Below, one piece after another: positions 7,875 through 16,720 of a DNA stretch of 54,436 nucleotides. This DNA is from Deltaproteobacteria bacterium (GTDB taxonomy: Bacteria; Desulfobacterota; Binatia; UBA9968). Where the stretch lies: positions 1 through 54,436 of the forward strand of contig JACPAM010000112.1 in NCBI GenBank assembly GCA_016180805.1. The letters run 5' to 3'. Each line of letters opens with the position of its first letter. The first letter of the stretch is position 1. A program made the position numbers and the translations under genes. Under the pieces are notes generated by a model. The model did no database searches, was not told the DNA's origin, and saw nothing but the letters and a program-made list of their open reading frames with translations.

Positions 7875-8843
7875 ATGGCGCTTACGAAACCGATCAAAGG
7901 AATCATTGGAGCCTGTCTCACGCCGTTCGGTGAGGATGAGCGGGTCAACTACGAGGCCCTCAAGCGGGAGATCGATTTCATCGTCGCCGACTGCGACGCG
8001 ATCTCTATCGCGGCTGTGGAAGCCGCCGAGTACACGATGCTCTCGCGCGACGAGCGCAAGGAGCTTCTGCGGATCGCCACGGAGATGGTCGACAAGCGTG
8101 TTCCCGTCATCCTGGGCGCCTCCAGCCCATCGTCCCGGGAGGTCGTCGAGCTTGCCGAGTACGGCGCAAAAGTGGGCGGGGACCTGGTCCAGGTACTGAT
8201 GCCGCTTCGCCCTTGGGGTGGGCAGCCGACGATTGCCGAACTCATGGAGTTTTTCACTCAGGTGGCCTCCGCAAGCCCGTTGCCGCTGGTGGCTTACCAC
8301 AACCCGGGGCCGGGCGCGGACCCGCCACAAGACGCCTTCGTCAAGATCAGCGAAATCGGCAACGTGCGCTATTTCAAGGAAAGCTCCCGTGACATCACGA
8401 AGATATCGAGGCTCATCGAACAGATCGATATGGCAGGGAAGGGTCACTATTTTACGACCATGCAGCCGCTTTTGGCGACCCTGGTTATGGGCGGGTCCGG
8501 TGCGACCATGCCGCCCCCGGGAACTCGGATCGGTGCCCAGGTCGTCAAGGCCTTTCGCGAAGGCGATTTGAACCGGGCGCGCTACTGGCAGCGCTGCTTC
8601 GCCTTGTTTCCGGGCAAGTGGGCGGCCTATGGCCTGCCGCCGGTGATGAAATCGGCCCTGAAGCATTTTGGCGTGGACATCGGCGAGCCCTCACGGCCCT
8701 ATGCCCCTGTGAGCCCGCGGGACCATGCTCAGATCGGCCAATTCCTCCGCCAGATCGGAATGATCGGCGAGAGAGGGCCGACCGAAGAGTCCTTCAAGGA
8801 GGCTGCCATCGCACTGGCTCAGGAAGATACATTTCTCCGCTAG
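7875..8843 (+). CDS. dihydrodipicolinate synthase / N-acetylneuraminate lyase family aldolase
   Basis: GIIGACLTPFGEDERVNYEALKREIDF, LSRDERKELLRIATEMVDKRVPVILG and VAYHNPG ... RYFKESS match the family. Confidence 0.85.
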   Translation: MALTKPIKGIIGACLTPFGEDERVNYEALKREIDFIVADCDAISIAAVEAAEYTMLSRDERKELLRIATEMVDKRVPVILGASSPSSREVVELAEYGAKVGGDLVQVLMPLRPWGGQPTIAELMEFFTQVASASPLPLVAYHNPGPGADPPQDAFVKISEIGNVRYFKESSRDITKISRLIEQIDMAGKGHYFTTMQPLLATLVMGGSGATMPPPGTRIGAQVVKAFREGDLNRARYWQRCFALFPGKWAAYGLPPVMKSALKHFGVDIGEPSRPYAPVSPRDHAQIGQFLRQIGMIGERGPTEESFKEAAIALAQEDTFLR

Positions 8844-8917
8844 GAAAAAAGCCTTCGCCACCATTCTAGAAAAGGACAAAGGCATCCCCCGACAGCGCCA
8901 CGGAGTCGAAAAGGACC

Positions 8918-9196
8918 ATGCTTAAGTTTGTTTTTTTTCTGCTTTTCCTCGTCGTTGTCGCCTCCTTCATTGCGCCGATCAGGCGCTGGGCCCTTGAGGA
9001 GCTAAAGGCGTTTTCGGATTCCCTCGCCGTCCTCTTTCTCCGCATCACCTCACAATTTGAGAGCGAACTGACCGAAGACGGGCGAGCCGAGCAGAAGCGG
9101 TGGCGGGAGCAGCAGTTGCGGAATCTTCGCGGGCTCGCGCTTCGCTCAGAGCAAAAGCGGCGAGGTCAGAGCAAGGAGCCAGGCGAGCGTTCCTGA
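8918..9196 (+). CDS. hypothetical small protein with an N-terminal transmembrane helix
   Basis: MLKFVFFLLFLVVVASFIAPI is followed by a charged coiled segment. There is no family assignment. Confidence 0.3.
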   Translation: MLKFVFFLLFLVVVASFIAPIRRWALEELKAFSDSLAVLFLRITSQFESELTEDGRAEQKRWREQQLRNLRGLALRSEQKRRGQSKEPGERS

Positions 9197-9216
9197 ACTC
9201 CAAGGGGTTTTCCAGG

Positions 9217-10373
9217 ATGTACGTGTCAAACGGACGCAAGCAGATCGTCATATTAGGAGGCGGGAGCGGAGGCATCGTCGCGGCGACCAAGCTGGGGCGT
9301 GAGCTGGGAAGTAAGCATGACGTCACGTTGGTCGACCGGCGGGAAGACCATATCTACATGCCGGCCTTTCTCTTTCTGATGGTCGGGCAGCGAAAGCCCG
9401 GTGACATTACGCGCAAGCTCAAGCGGCTCGAGAAGCGAAATGTCAAGTTCATTCAAGCGGACGTGCTGGGAATCGACCCGGACCGGCAGGAAGTCACGCT
9501 GAGCGCGGGGAAATCCCCTATGATTACCTCATCGTGTCGCTCGGTCTGCAGACCAGGCCGGAAATGATCCCGGGTTTCACCGAAGGGGCTCACCATGCCT
9601 GGGAGTTGGATGCGGCGCTGCGCTTTCACAGCGCGCTCGGGTCTTTCAGTGGCGGGCGCATTCTAGTTGGGGTCCCGCTCGGTCCGTATCGCTGTCCACC
9701 GGCACCCTATGAAGTCCAATGGATGCTCGACAGTTATTTTAAGCGGCGGGGCATGCGGGAGCGGGTGAGCATCGAATTTTTCACTCGCGATCCTGAGCCG
9801 GCGGGAGAAGCTCATGATCCGGTAGTCTGGATGGATGCGCAAAGCAAGCAGAGAAACATCAGCCAGCACTATGAATTTATCGTGCATTCCATTGATCCTA
9901 AAAGGAAAATTGTTATCGGGCTTTACGGATACACGTTGTCCTATGATCTTCTGTTTATGGTTCCACCGCATCGGCCGGCCCAGGTCCTCTACGATTGCGG
10001 GCTCGCCGACCAAGAGACCGGTATCCGGGTCGATTACGACACGATGGAGACCAAATGGCAAAATGTCTATGCCATCGGTGATTGCGCCGACATGCCGGCT
10101 TCCAAGGCTGGAGTTGTGGCTCACCAGGAGGGCGATGTCCTAGCTCACAACCTCAAGGTTCGGATCACGGGTCACGGCGTGCCCACGCAGTTAAGGCTAC
10201 ACACGATATGACTGCTCAACTACGGCGCAGGACGCGCCGCGGCCAACAGAACGGTGTACCCGCGGGGTTGGCCCCCGTTCGGGACAGGGGAGGCTCGGTC
10301 GTGGGGCCCCTCAAGACTCATCTATTGGGCCAAGGTGGGCTTTGAAAAGTGGTGGTTGTGGCGCTATTTTTGA
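9217..10373 (+). pseudogene. sulfide:quinone oxidoreductase-like flavoprotein, interrupted by a 1-nt frameshift and by an in-frame TGA at the catalytic Cys position (pseudogene or selenoprotein)
   Basis: KQIVILGGGSGGIVAA (FAD fold), PYRCPPAPYEV and YAIGDC. The frame changes at the G run at 9507-9510 (SAG / EIPYDYLIVSLG). A TGA sits at 10209-10211, and the frame continues to LIYWAKVGFEKWWLWRYF, the family C-terminus. Confidence 0.65.
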
Positions 10374-10383
10374 GTTTCTGAGT

Positions 10384-10677
10384 ATGGCTAAAAAGGTACC
10401 ATCAGGGAAGAAGAATTCGGTCCTCAGCGCGGAGAATGTGTGCGGCTACTGCCTGTTTTTCCAGCCCGAACCGCCAGGGAGGCGGCCTTTACGCGGAAAC
10501 TGCACCCACCACAAAGAATGGATAGAGAACGCCTCGCTGACTACGTGCAGCGACATGAGCAGCCGCCATCTCAAGGAACAAGGAATCTACCAGCTCGTGC
10601 CCAGCAGCGACAACGGTTGCATCTACATCCGCCGCACCAAAAAGATCCGCACACGGCTTTTCCTGGTGAAAAAGTGA
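10384..10677 (+). CDS. hypothetical Cys/His-rich small protein
   Basis: MAKKVPSGKK ... CGYCLFF ... GNCTHHKEW ... TTCSD. No family was recognised and no clear RBS is present. Confidence 0.3.
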   Translation: MAKKVPSGKKNSVLSAENVCGYCLFFQPEPPGRRPLRGNCTHHKEWIENASLTTCSDMSSRHLKEQGIYQLVPSSDNGCIYIRRTKKIRTRLFLVKK

Positions 10678-10740
10678 GAAGTAAGCAGTGAGCCGTGGGA
10701 AATGGGGAGGGGAGTAGGGATGGGCTGTGGGGGGGTTGCG

Positions 10741-10779
10741 TATATTATGTCAGCTTTCAAAGAAAGTTGACATAATATA
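10741..10779. terminator. A/T-rich long hairpin between convergent genes (bidirectional terminator candidate)
   Basis: tatattatgtcagctttc aaa gaaagttgacataatata forms an 18-bp stem with one mismatch. Confidence 0.5.
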
Positions 10780-10804
10780 TCTTATCGGACGTTTCCTCTA
10801 CGCC

Positions 10805-11500
10805 TCACTTTTGCTTCTCAGCCATTTCTGCCTTAGCTTCCAGCTCGCGTATCCGAAGGGAAATTTCTCCGCTCCTCTCGGCGCCCGGGAAACTCGTCAG
10901 ATAGTTCCGGTAGGCCTGGAGCGCTGCCTTTAAGTCGCCCGCCTGAGCGCTCGTCCGGGCCTCAGCGAGAATCGCTTGCTCCTTAAATGGCCCGGAAGCT
11001 TGCCCGGCAGCGAGGTAGTTTTTGGCGGCTTCTTTGAGGTTACCCGCTTTCTCATGGGCGTGACCGAGGGAAAGAAGCGCGAGCTGATGGAGATAGTCGG
11101 GTTTTGTTGCCCGGCCGGCCAGCCGCTCGAAGGCGGAGGCGGCATTTTTGGTGTCGCCGAGGGCTAGGTGGCTATTTCCCAAATAAAGGAGCGCGAGCCT
11201 TCTGTAGATCGATGGGCCCGACTCGCTGAGGTCGGTGAGCGGCGCCATAGCGTCGCGGTATTTCTGTTCGTGGAAAAGGTTCAGCGCCCGCGCGTACTCT
11301 TGGGCGGCAAGGCGGTTTCGTCGCGACTGGTAAAGGTCCCATGCGCCGTAAAATAAAAGAGCGCCGACGAGCACTCCTAAAGCGATCAGGGAAGCGCTGC
11401 GGTGGTGGCGGACAAGGTTGAGGAGTTGACCTGTGAAGGTGACAAATTGGTCGGGGCGGCGCAGGTCTTTGCGCGTGATTCTTTTGGGCGAATGCGCCAT
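10805..11500 (-). CDS. membrane-anchored tetratricopeptide-repeat protein (YfgM-like architecture)
   Basis: An N-terminal TM helix (SLIALGVLVGALLFYGAW) is followed by TPR-like repeats (ALLYLGNSHLALGDTKNAASAFERL ...). Confidence 0.75.
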   Translation of the reverse strand: MAHSPKRITRKDLRRPDQFVTFTGQLLNLVRHHRSASLIALGVLVGALLFYGAWDLYQSRRNRLAAQEYARALNLFHEQKYRDAMAPLTDLSESGPSIYRRLALLYLGNSHLALGDTKNAASAFERLAGRATKPDYLHQLALLSLGHAHEKAGNLKEAAKNYLAAGQASGPFKEQAILAEARTSAQAGDLKAALQAYRNYLTSFPGAERSGEISLRIRELEAKAEMAEKQK

Positions 11501-11567
11501 CCGGGTGGGAAGAGTTCTGAGGGGTTCAGAGATGCAATGAGAATCTACAGTGGCGGCCTAGATCCCT

Positions 11568-12095
11568 TTACATCTTGTACTTAAAGTCTTCAGGGGTCAT
11601 CTTCTCCAGGATTTCAGCCCATTTTTCCTTCGACACGTTGGAGACGTTAGCGACCCCGCCTTCTTTTCCTTCCTCACTTTGCTGGAGAATACTCGATGCC
11701 TCGAGCACGGCCTTGGCCACATAGATGGGACTTTTCGTTCTTAGGGCCAGGGCGATGGCATCGCTGGGACGCGAATCGATAACCAGCTCGCGGTCGCCGA
11801 TGCGGAGGTAGATTAAGGCGTAGTACGTGTTCTCTTTCAGCTCGGTAATCTGCACGGATTCCACCGTTCCGGCCACCTGCGCCAAAATATTCCTGAGCAG
11901 ATCGTGGGTCATCGGACGGGCCATCTTGATCCCCTCGAGTTCCGTGGCCATAGCCGTGGCTTCCAATAGACCGATCCAGATCGGCAGGTTGAGTTTGTTG
12001 TCGCTGTCTTTCAGGATCACTATCGGCGTCTTCGTGACTGGATCGAGCGTGAGCCCGCCCACGGTCATCAGGATGGAATCCTCTTTTTTCGTCAT
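11568..12095 (-). CDS. bifunctional nuclease (BFN/DUF151) family protein
   Basis: PIVILKDSDNKLNLPIWIGLLEATAMA ... MTHDLL ... IDSRPSDAIALALR. The start overlaps the miaB stop (ATGA). Confidence 0.85.
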   Translation of the reverse strand: MTKKEDSILMTVGGLTLDPVTKTPIVILKDSDNKLNLPIWIGLLEATAMATELEGIKMARPMTHDLLRNILAQVAGTVESVQITELKENTYYALIYLRIGDRELVIDSRPSDAIALALRTKSPIYVAKAVLEASSILQQSEEGKEGGVANVSNVSKEKWAEILEKMTPEDFKYKM

Positions 12096-13456
12096 GCTAT
12101 CCCCCCTGCTTCAAGTGTACTCGCCATGGCACTGACCTTCAGCAACTCCCCGAGCAGCGAATTCGCCGAGGCCCCGGTGATCCTCACTCGGGTCAGTGAA
12201 CCCGAAAGCATTGTCGGCCCCATCACGTTGACAATTTTGTTGGTCCTGGTCCGCCCGGTAATCTGGCCTCGCCTGAGCTTGGAAGGTCCCTCGACCAGAA
12301 TCTCCTCTACGGTGCCGACCGATTGCCTGTTCTTTCGGAGCGAGATTTCATTCTGGAGTCGCTGGACCTGAGCCAACCTCTCCTTCTTTACCTCCTGTGG
12401 AACATCATCACGATAGAGCTTGACTGCCGCGGTATGCGGGCGCGGCGAATACACGAACGAATAAATCTCATCATACTCTACCTGGTGCAGAATTGCCAGG
12501 GTCTCGGCAAACTCCGCTTCGGTTTCCCCCGCAAAGCCTGCGATGATGTCGGTGCTCAGGGCGATGTTCGGGCACCGCTCGCGCAGCCGGTAAATCTTCT
12601 CCAGATACGCTTCGCGGGTGTAGCCGCGCCGCATTCGGTGAAGCACGCTGTCGGACCCGGATTGTACCGGCAGATGCAGATGCTCGCAGAGTTTTTCCAG
12701 CGTGGCATAGGCTTCGATCAGCTCCGGGGAGAGGTCCTGCGGATGCGAGGTCGTGAACCGAATTCTCTCCAGACCCTCGATGCCATTTATCCTAGTTAAG
12801 AGTTCGGGAAACGTCAACTCCCCGCTGCCCGCCTTGCCGTAGGAATTCACGTTTTGCCCAAGCAGCATGACCTCTTTGACCCCGGACCGCGTAAGCTCGC
12901 GGATTTCCCGAATGATGTTCCTGCTCGGCCGGCTAAGCTCCCGCCCGCGCACGTACGGAACGATGCAAAAGCTACAGACGTTGTTGCAGCCCTGCATGAT
13001 CGTGACGAACGCCCTCGGCCCGTGGACCTGAGGCTTTCCCCCGGGGTCTTCCATGTACGAGGGCTCGCGATAGAATGCCAGTTCGATCGGGCGGGCACCC
13101 AGGGTTTCGACCTGCTCGACCATCTCGGGGAGTTTATGGATGTTGTGGGTGCCGAAGACGAGATCGAGATGCGGGACCCGCCTGAGCAGCAACTCGCCCT
13201 CCTGCTGCGCCACGCACCCGCCGGCACCGATGATCAAACCGCGCTTCTCTTCCTTGAGATCGCGCCAGCGTCCCAGAGCGCTGTAGACTTTCTGCTCCGC
13301 CTTGTCGCGCACGCTGCAGGTATTGAGGAGGATCAGGTCGGCATGCTCCGGGCTGTCCGTTGGCTGATAGTCCAAGCGGCCGAGGACCTGGACGATGCGC
13401 TCCGAATCGTGTTGATTCATCTGGCAGCCATAGGTTTGGATGTAGAGCTTCTTCAT
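12092..13456 (-). CDS. miaB: tRNA-i6A37 methylthiotransferase MiaB
   Basis: MKKLYIQTYGCQMNQHDSE ..., the radical-SAM motif QGCNNVCSFCIVP, and a TRAM C-terminus. The start was chosen at MKKLY (ATG 13456), which overlaps the upstream stop (ATGA). Confidence 0.95.
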   Translation of the reverse strand: MKKLYIQTYGCQMNQHDSERIVQVLGRLDYQPTDSPEHADLILLNTCSVRDKAEQKVYSALGRWRDLKEEKRGLIIGAGGCVAQQEGELLLRRVPHLDLVFGTHNIHKLPEMVEQVETLGARPIELAFYREPSYMEDPGGKPQVHGPRAFVTIMQGCNNVCSFCIVPYVRGRELSRPSRNIIREIRELTRSGVKEVMLLGQNVNSYGKAGSGELTFPELLTRINGIEGLERIRFTTSHPQDLSPELIEAYATLEKLCEHLHLPVQSGSDSVLHRMRRGYTREAYLEKIYRLRERCPNIALSTDIIAGFAGETEAEFAETLAILHQVEYDEIYSFVYSPRPHTAAVKLYRDDVPQEVKKERLAQVQRLQNEISLRKNRQSVGTVEEILVEGPSKLRRGQITGRTRTNKIVNVMGPTMLSGSLTRVRITGASANSLLGELLKVSAMASTLEAGGIA

Positions 13457-14856
13457 GGCACGATGCGTTCGATCACCCTGTGGAGCTGGCTCAGGTTCCC
13501 GCATTCTTCCACCACATCGCAATGAGGCGCGTAGCGGGGCATCTCGCTGTCGCCGAACCCCCACTTCCAACGGCTCTCCGGATTGAGCCAGATCAGCCGC
13601 TTGGCCTTGCGCTGAATTTCCTTCAACACCCAGTCATGGGGATGGTTATAGTTGTTGCGGCCGTCGCCGATGATCATCACGGTGGTTTTTCCGCTGACCG
13701 CGGAGCAATGCTCCCGGTAAAAGAGCTCAAAGGCGCGGCCGAAGTTGGAACGGGAATAGACATTGATGACCTCGCCCTTGAGGGCCAGCTCCACCGCCTG
13801 CTGAAGGTCGTTGTCTTCAAAGAGCCGGGTAACCTCCCCGATATCACTGACGAAGACAAAGCTGCGGACCTTGCTGTACAGATCTTGCACGGAATAAACG
13901 AATTGCAGCATAAACCGGGAGGCGTTCAGGACCGAGTCCGAGATGTCGCACAGGATGATAATCTCGGGCTTTTCCTTCTTTCTGCGGTCGAGCTGGAGGC
14001 GGAACGGCACGCCGCCGTACTGAAGGTTCTTGCGCAGGGTCTCCTGGAGGTCGAATCGGCCCCTGCGGGCCTTTCTGCGCCTGAGCGTCAACAGGTTTTT
14101 GAATCTTTGGGCCAGGCGGGTGACGGCGTCGTTCATTCGCCGTATGTCCTCTTCGGTGTAGTAAGCGAAGTTTTTGTGCGCGAGATATTCCGGTCGCTCC
14201 CGCTCCGGGGCAACAACGCTGCGTTTCTTGAGCTCCTGGCGGAGCAGATCCCGAACCATTCGGGAGAGATCCTGGAGCCGATGCTCTACGTAGCGGGAAA
14301 GGCGGTCCCGTTTATCCCCGTCACCCGGCTCCGCCAGCGCCATCTCCCGAAAGCTCCCGAGTTCTTCCTCCACAGTGGTCAGCGCCAACCGGCCCGCGAG
14401 CCGTAAATAGAGCGCGACCCCGATTTGGCCTCCCGCCTGCCCCAGTTCTTCTTGCGCGATCGCCTGGCGGATCAGCCGCTCCGCCTGAGCCAGGTCGCCG
14501 GCCAGCAGCGCCCGGGCGAGCGGCGAGAGGTTTTGCCGGCGCTCGAGCAGGCGCCGGACTTCCTCGAGGAGGTGCTGGTACTGCTGGGGCGTCAGGCTCA
14601 GCCGGTCCATCAGATCACGCTCCGATTGTCTGAGAGAGGCGCCAAGACCCAGAAAAAAGAGATCAAACAGCTCCTCGAAGGTCCGGATATCCGAGGCCCG
14701 CTTGACCAGCGTTGCCCGCAGCCCGTCGCGAAACATGGAGGGATCCTCAATGCCGACGATTCCCAGGGCTTGGATCGCGTCGATATTTTCCGACAAGGAT
14801 ACGCGGGCGCCCTGTCGCCGAAGCAAATGGGTGAACTCTACGATGCGTTCGTCCAT
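13453..14856 (-). CDS. VWA-domain protein, CoxE-like
   Basis: MDERIVEFTHLLRRQGARVSLSENIDA ... IIILCDISDSV ... TVMIIGDGRNNY (MIDAS-like) matches the CoxE-type N-terminus. Confidence 0.85.
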   Translation of the reverse strand: MDERIVEFTHLLRRQGARVSLSENIDAIQALGIVGIEDPSMFRDGLRATLVKRASDIRTFEELFDLFFLGLGASLRQSERDLMDRLSLTPQQYQHLLEEVRRLLERRQNLSPLARALLAGDLAQAERLIRQAIAQEELGQAGGQIGVALYLRLAGRLALTTVEEELGSFREMALAEPGDGDKRDRLSRYVEHRLQDLSRMVRDLLRQELKKRSVVAPERERPEYLAHKNFAYYTEEDIRRMNDAVTRLAQRFKNLLTLRRRKARRGRFDLQETLRKNLQYGGVPFRLQLDRRKKEKPEIIILCDISDSVLNASRFMLQFVYSVQDLYSKVRSFVFVSDIGEVTRLFEDNDLQQAVELALKGEVINVYSRSNFGRAFELFYREHCSAVSGKTTVMIIGDGRNNYNHPHDWVLKEIQRKAKRLIWLNPESRWKWGFGDSEMPRYAPHCDVVEECGNLSQLHRVIERIVP

Positions 14857-14861
14857 GGCGC

Positions 14862-15824
14862 TCAGTGCAGGAGGTCTTTATCGCTGGTCACGACGGCGGT
14901 CTGTATCTTAGCTTTGCGCTCGGCCAGATAGTCTTTCATTTCTTTTTGCGCCTTGCGGATGTCGCCTTCGTATTTCAGCAGCGTCGCCAGCGTTTCCTCG
15001 ACCAGCTGCTGGTCCAGCCGCTCGATCTGGAGCAGGGTCAGGGCTCTCACCCAATCAAGAGTTTCGCTGATGCTGGGCTTCTTTTTGAGATCCAGCTTGC
15101 GCAGCCGGTGGAGCAAATGAACGACCTCGTCCGCCAGCTTCTCCCCGACTCCGGGAACTTTGAGCTTGAGGATCTCCAGCTCGCGGTCCGGATCGGGATA
15201 GTCCAGATAGAGGTGCAGACAGCGCCGCTTCAGAGCGTCGGACATTTCCCGGCTATTGTTGCTCGTAAGGATCACGAAGGGGCGGTGCGTTGCCCCGAGC
15301 GTCCCGATTTCGGGCACGCTAACTTGAAAATCGCTCAACACCTCGAGCAGGAAAGCTTCAAACTCGGTATCGGACTTGTCGACTTCGTCGATCAGAAGGA
15401 CCGTAGGCTCGGGGGACAAAATGGCGCGGAGCAATGGCCGGGGGAGTAAAAATTTTTGCGAAAAAAACACGTCGTCCTCGTTCGCGATACGCTCCACTGC
15501 GTGCTGCAGGCTCTGCGCTCCCTCGAGAACTTCGCCAATTTTGTCTTTGAGAATCTGCGTGTAGAGAAGCTGTTTGGCATATTCCCACTCGTACAGCGCT
15601 TTGGCCTCATCCAACCCTTCGTAGCACTGCAAACGAATGAGCTCTAAATGGAGAGCGGAAGCCAAGACCTTACCCAGCTCCGTCTTTCCCACCCCCGCGG
15701 GACCCTCCACGAGAACCGGCTTGCGCATCGCGCAGGCAAGGTATACCACCGTGGCTACGTGCTTGGTGCAAAGGTATTTTTGCTCGGCGAGCCGTTTGAT
15801 GACATCTTCGACTGAGGAAAACAT
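14862..15824 (-). CDS. MoxR-family AAA+ ATPase (CoxD-like)
   Basis: VLVEGPAGVGKTELGKVLA (Walker A), VLLIDEVDK (Walker B) and RRCLHLYLDYP. Confidence 0.9.
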   Translation of the reverse strand: MFSSVEDVIKRLAEQKYLCTKHVATVVYLACAMRKPVLVEGPAGVGKTELGKVLASALHLELIRLQCYEGLDEAKALYEWEYAKQLLYTQILKDKIGEVLEGAQSLQHAVERIANEDDVFFSQKFLLPRPLLRAILSPEPTVLLIDEVDKSDTEFEAFLLEVLSDFQVSVPEIGTLGATHRPFVILTSNNSREMSDALKRRCLHLYLDYPDPDRELEILKLKVPGVGEKLADEVVHLLHRLRKLDLKKKPSISETLDWVRALTLLQIERLDQQLVEETLATLLKYEGDIRKAQKEMKDYLAERKAKIQTAVVTSDKDLLH

Positions 15825-15919
15825 ATACCCCTCGTAAAAAGTATAAAAATACCATAAAAATTCCGGGCGAACAAACCGCCTCCATTGCGCCCCGCCGTGG
15901 GTTACGGTAAACGGTTACC

Positions 15920-16720
15920 ATGTGCACCCTGTCCCTGTATTTTCGGGAGTTTGCCGATTACCCGTTGGCCGTGGCGGCCAACCGGGACGAATACTATGCG
16001 CGCCCATCCGCCGCGCCTCAGATTCTCTCCGAGCGCCCCTTGATTTTCGGCGGCAGGGACCTTCAGGCGGGAGGCACGTGGCTGGGAGTCAATGAGCACG
16101 GCCTTTTGGTAGGAATCTTGAATCGCCGGTTGGATGGGGCAAAGGATCGATCCGATAAAAGATCGAGGGGACTGCTGTGCCGCGAAATGCTCAACGCCCT
16201 GGATCCGAGCCAAGCGGTCGCAATCCTTCGTGGCGAGCGGGCCTCCGCTTATCTGCCCTTTAATCTCCTTATCGCCAACGCTGAGAACGCCTATGTCGGA
16301 TACAACGAAGCGGACAGCATCGAAGTTGTCCCTTTGGATCATGGCCTTCACGTACTGAGCAACACCTCCGTATTCGATCCCCGCTCTGAAAAAATGGATA
16401 CGGCCTACGGGCTTTTCCTGGCGGCCGCGGAAAGGGCACGGGAAGATCCGGATCTATTCTTCCGCGAAAGAGCGTCGCCGAACCGTGCGGGAAGCCCCCC
16501 GTGTGTGACTACCTTTGGGCAAGCGCTGGCTAGCCACCGACTGCATGGGGCCGGCGGAGATCCCCGTGGCGCGATCTGTGTCCATGCGGACCACTACGGC
16601 ACCGTGTCCTCCAGCATCATCGTTCTCGCGGGCGCGGAAAAGCGCTTCGACTACTACCATGCTCCAGGGGCCCCGTGCCGGTCGTCATTCGGGAAGTGCG
16701 CTTCTCTGGATGTCCGATGA
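15920..16720 (+). CDS. NRDE-family (TANGO2-like) protein
   Basis: MCTLSLYF ... LAVAANRDEYYARPS ... GGTWLGVNEHGLLVGILN. Confidence 0.85.
   Translation: MCTLSLYFREFADYPLAVAANRDEYYARPSAAPQILSERPLIFGGRDLQAGGTWLGVNEHGLLVGILNRRLDGAKDRSDKRSRGLLCREMLNALDPSQAVAILRGERASAYLPFNLLIANAENAYVGYNEADSIEVVPLDHGLHVLSNTSVFDPRSEKMDTAYGLFLAAAERAREDPDLFFRERASPNRAGSPPCVTTFGQALASHRLHGAGGDPRGAICVHADHYGTVSSSIIVLAGAEKRFDYYHAPGAPCRSSFGKCASLDVR

Noticed and set aside
7134-8666. 510-aa ORF on the minus strand
   Set aside because: It is antisense to two well-supported genes (the cyclase and the DHDPS-family aldolase). The composition is Arg/Gly/Pro/His-rich, typical of a GC-rich antisense frame, and no family signature is present.
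13360-14406. 348-aa plus-strand ORF
   Set aside because: It is antisense to the VWA/CoxE-like gene and the miaB 5' end. It is a low-complexity, GC-driven open frame.
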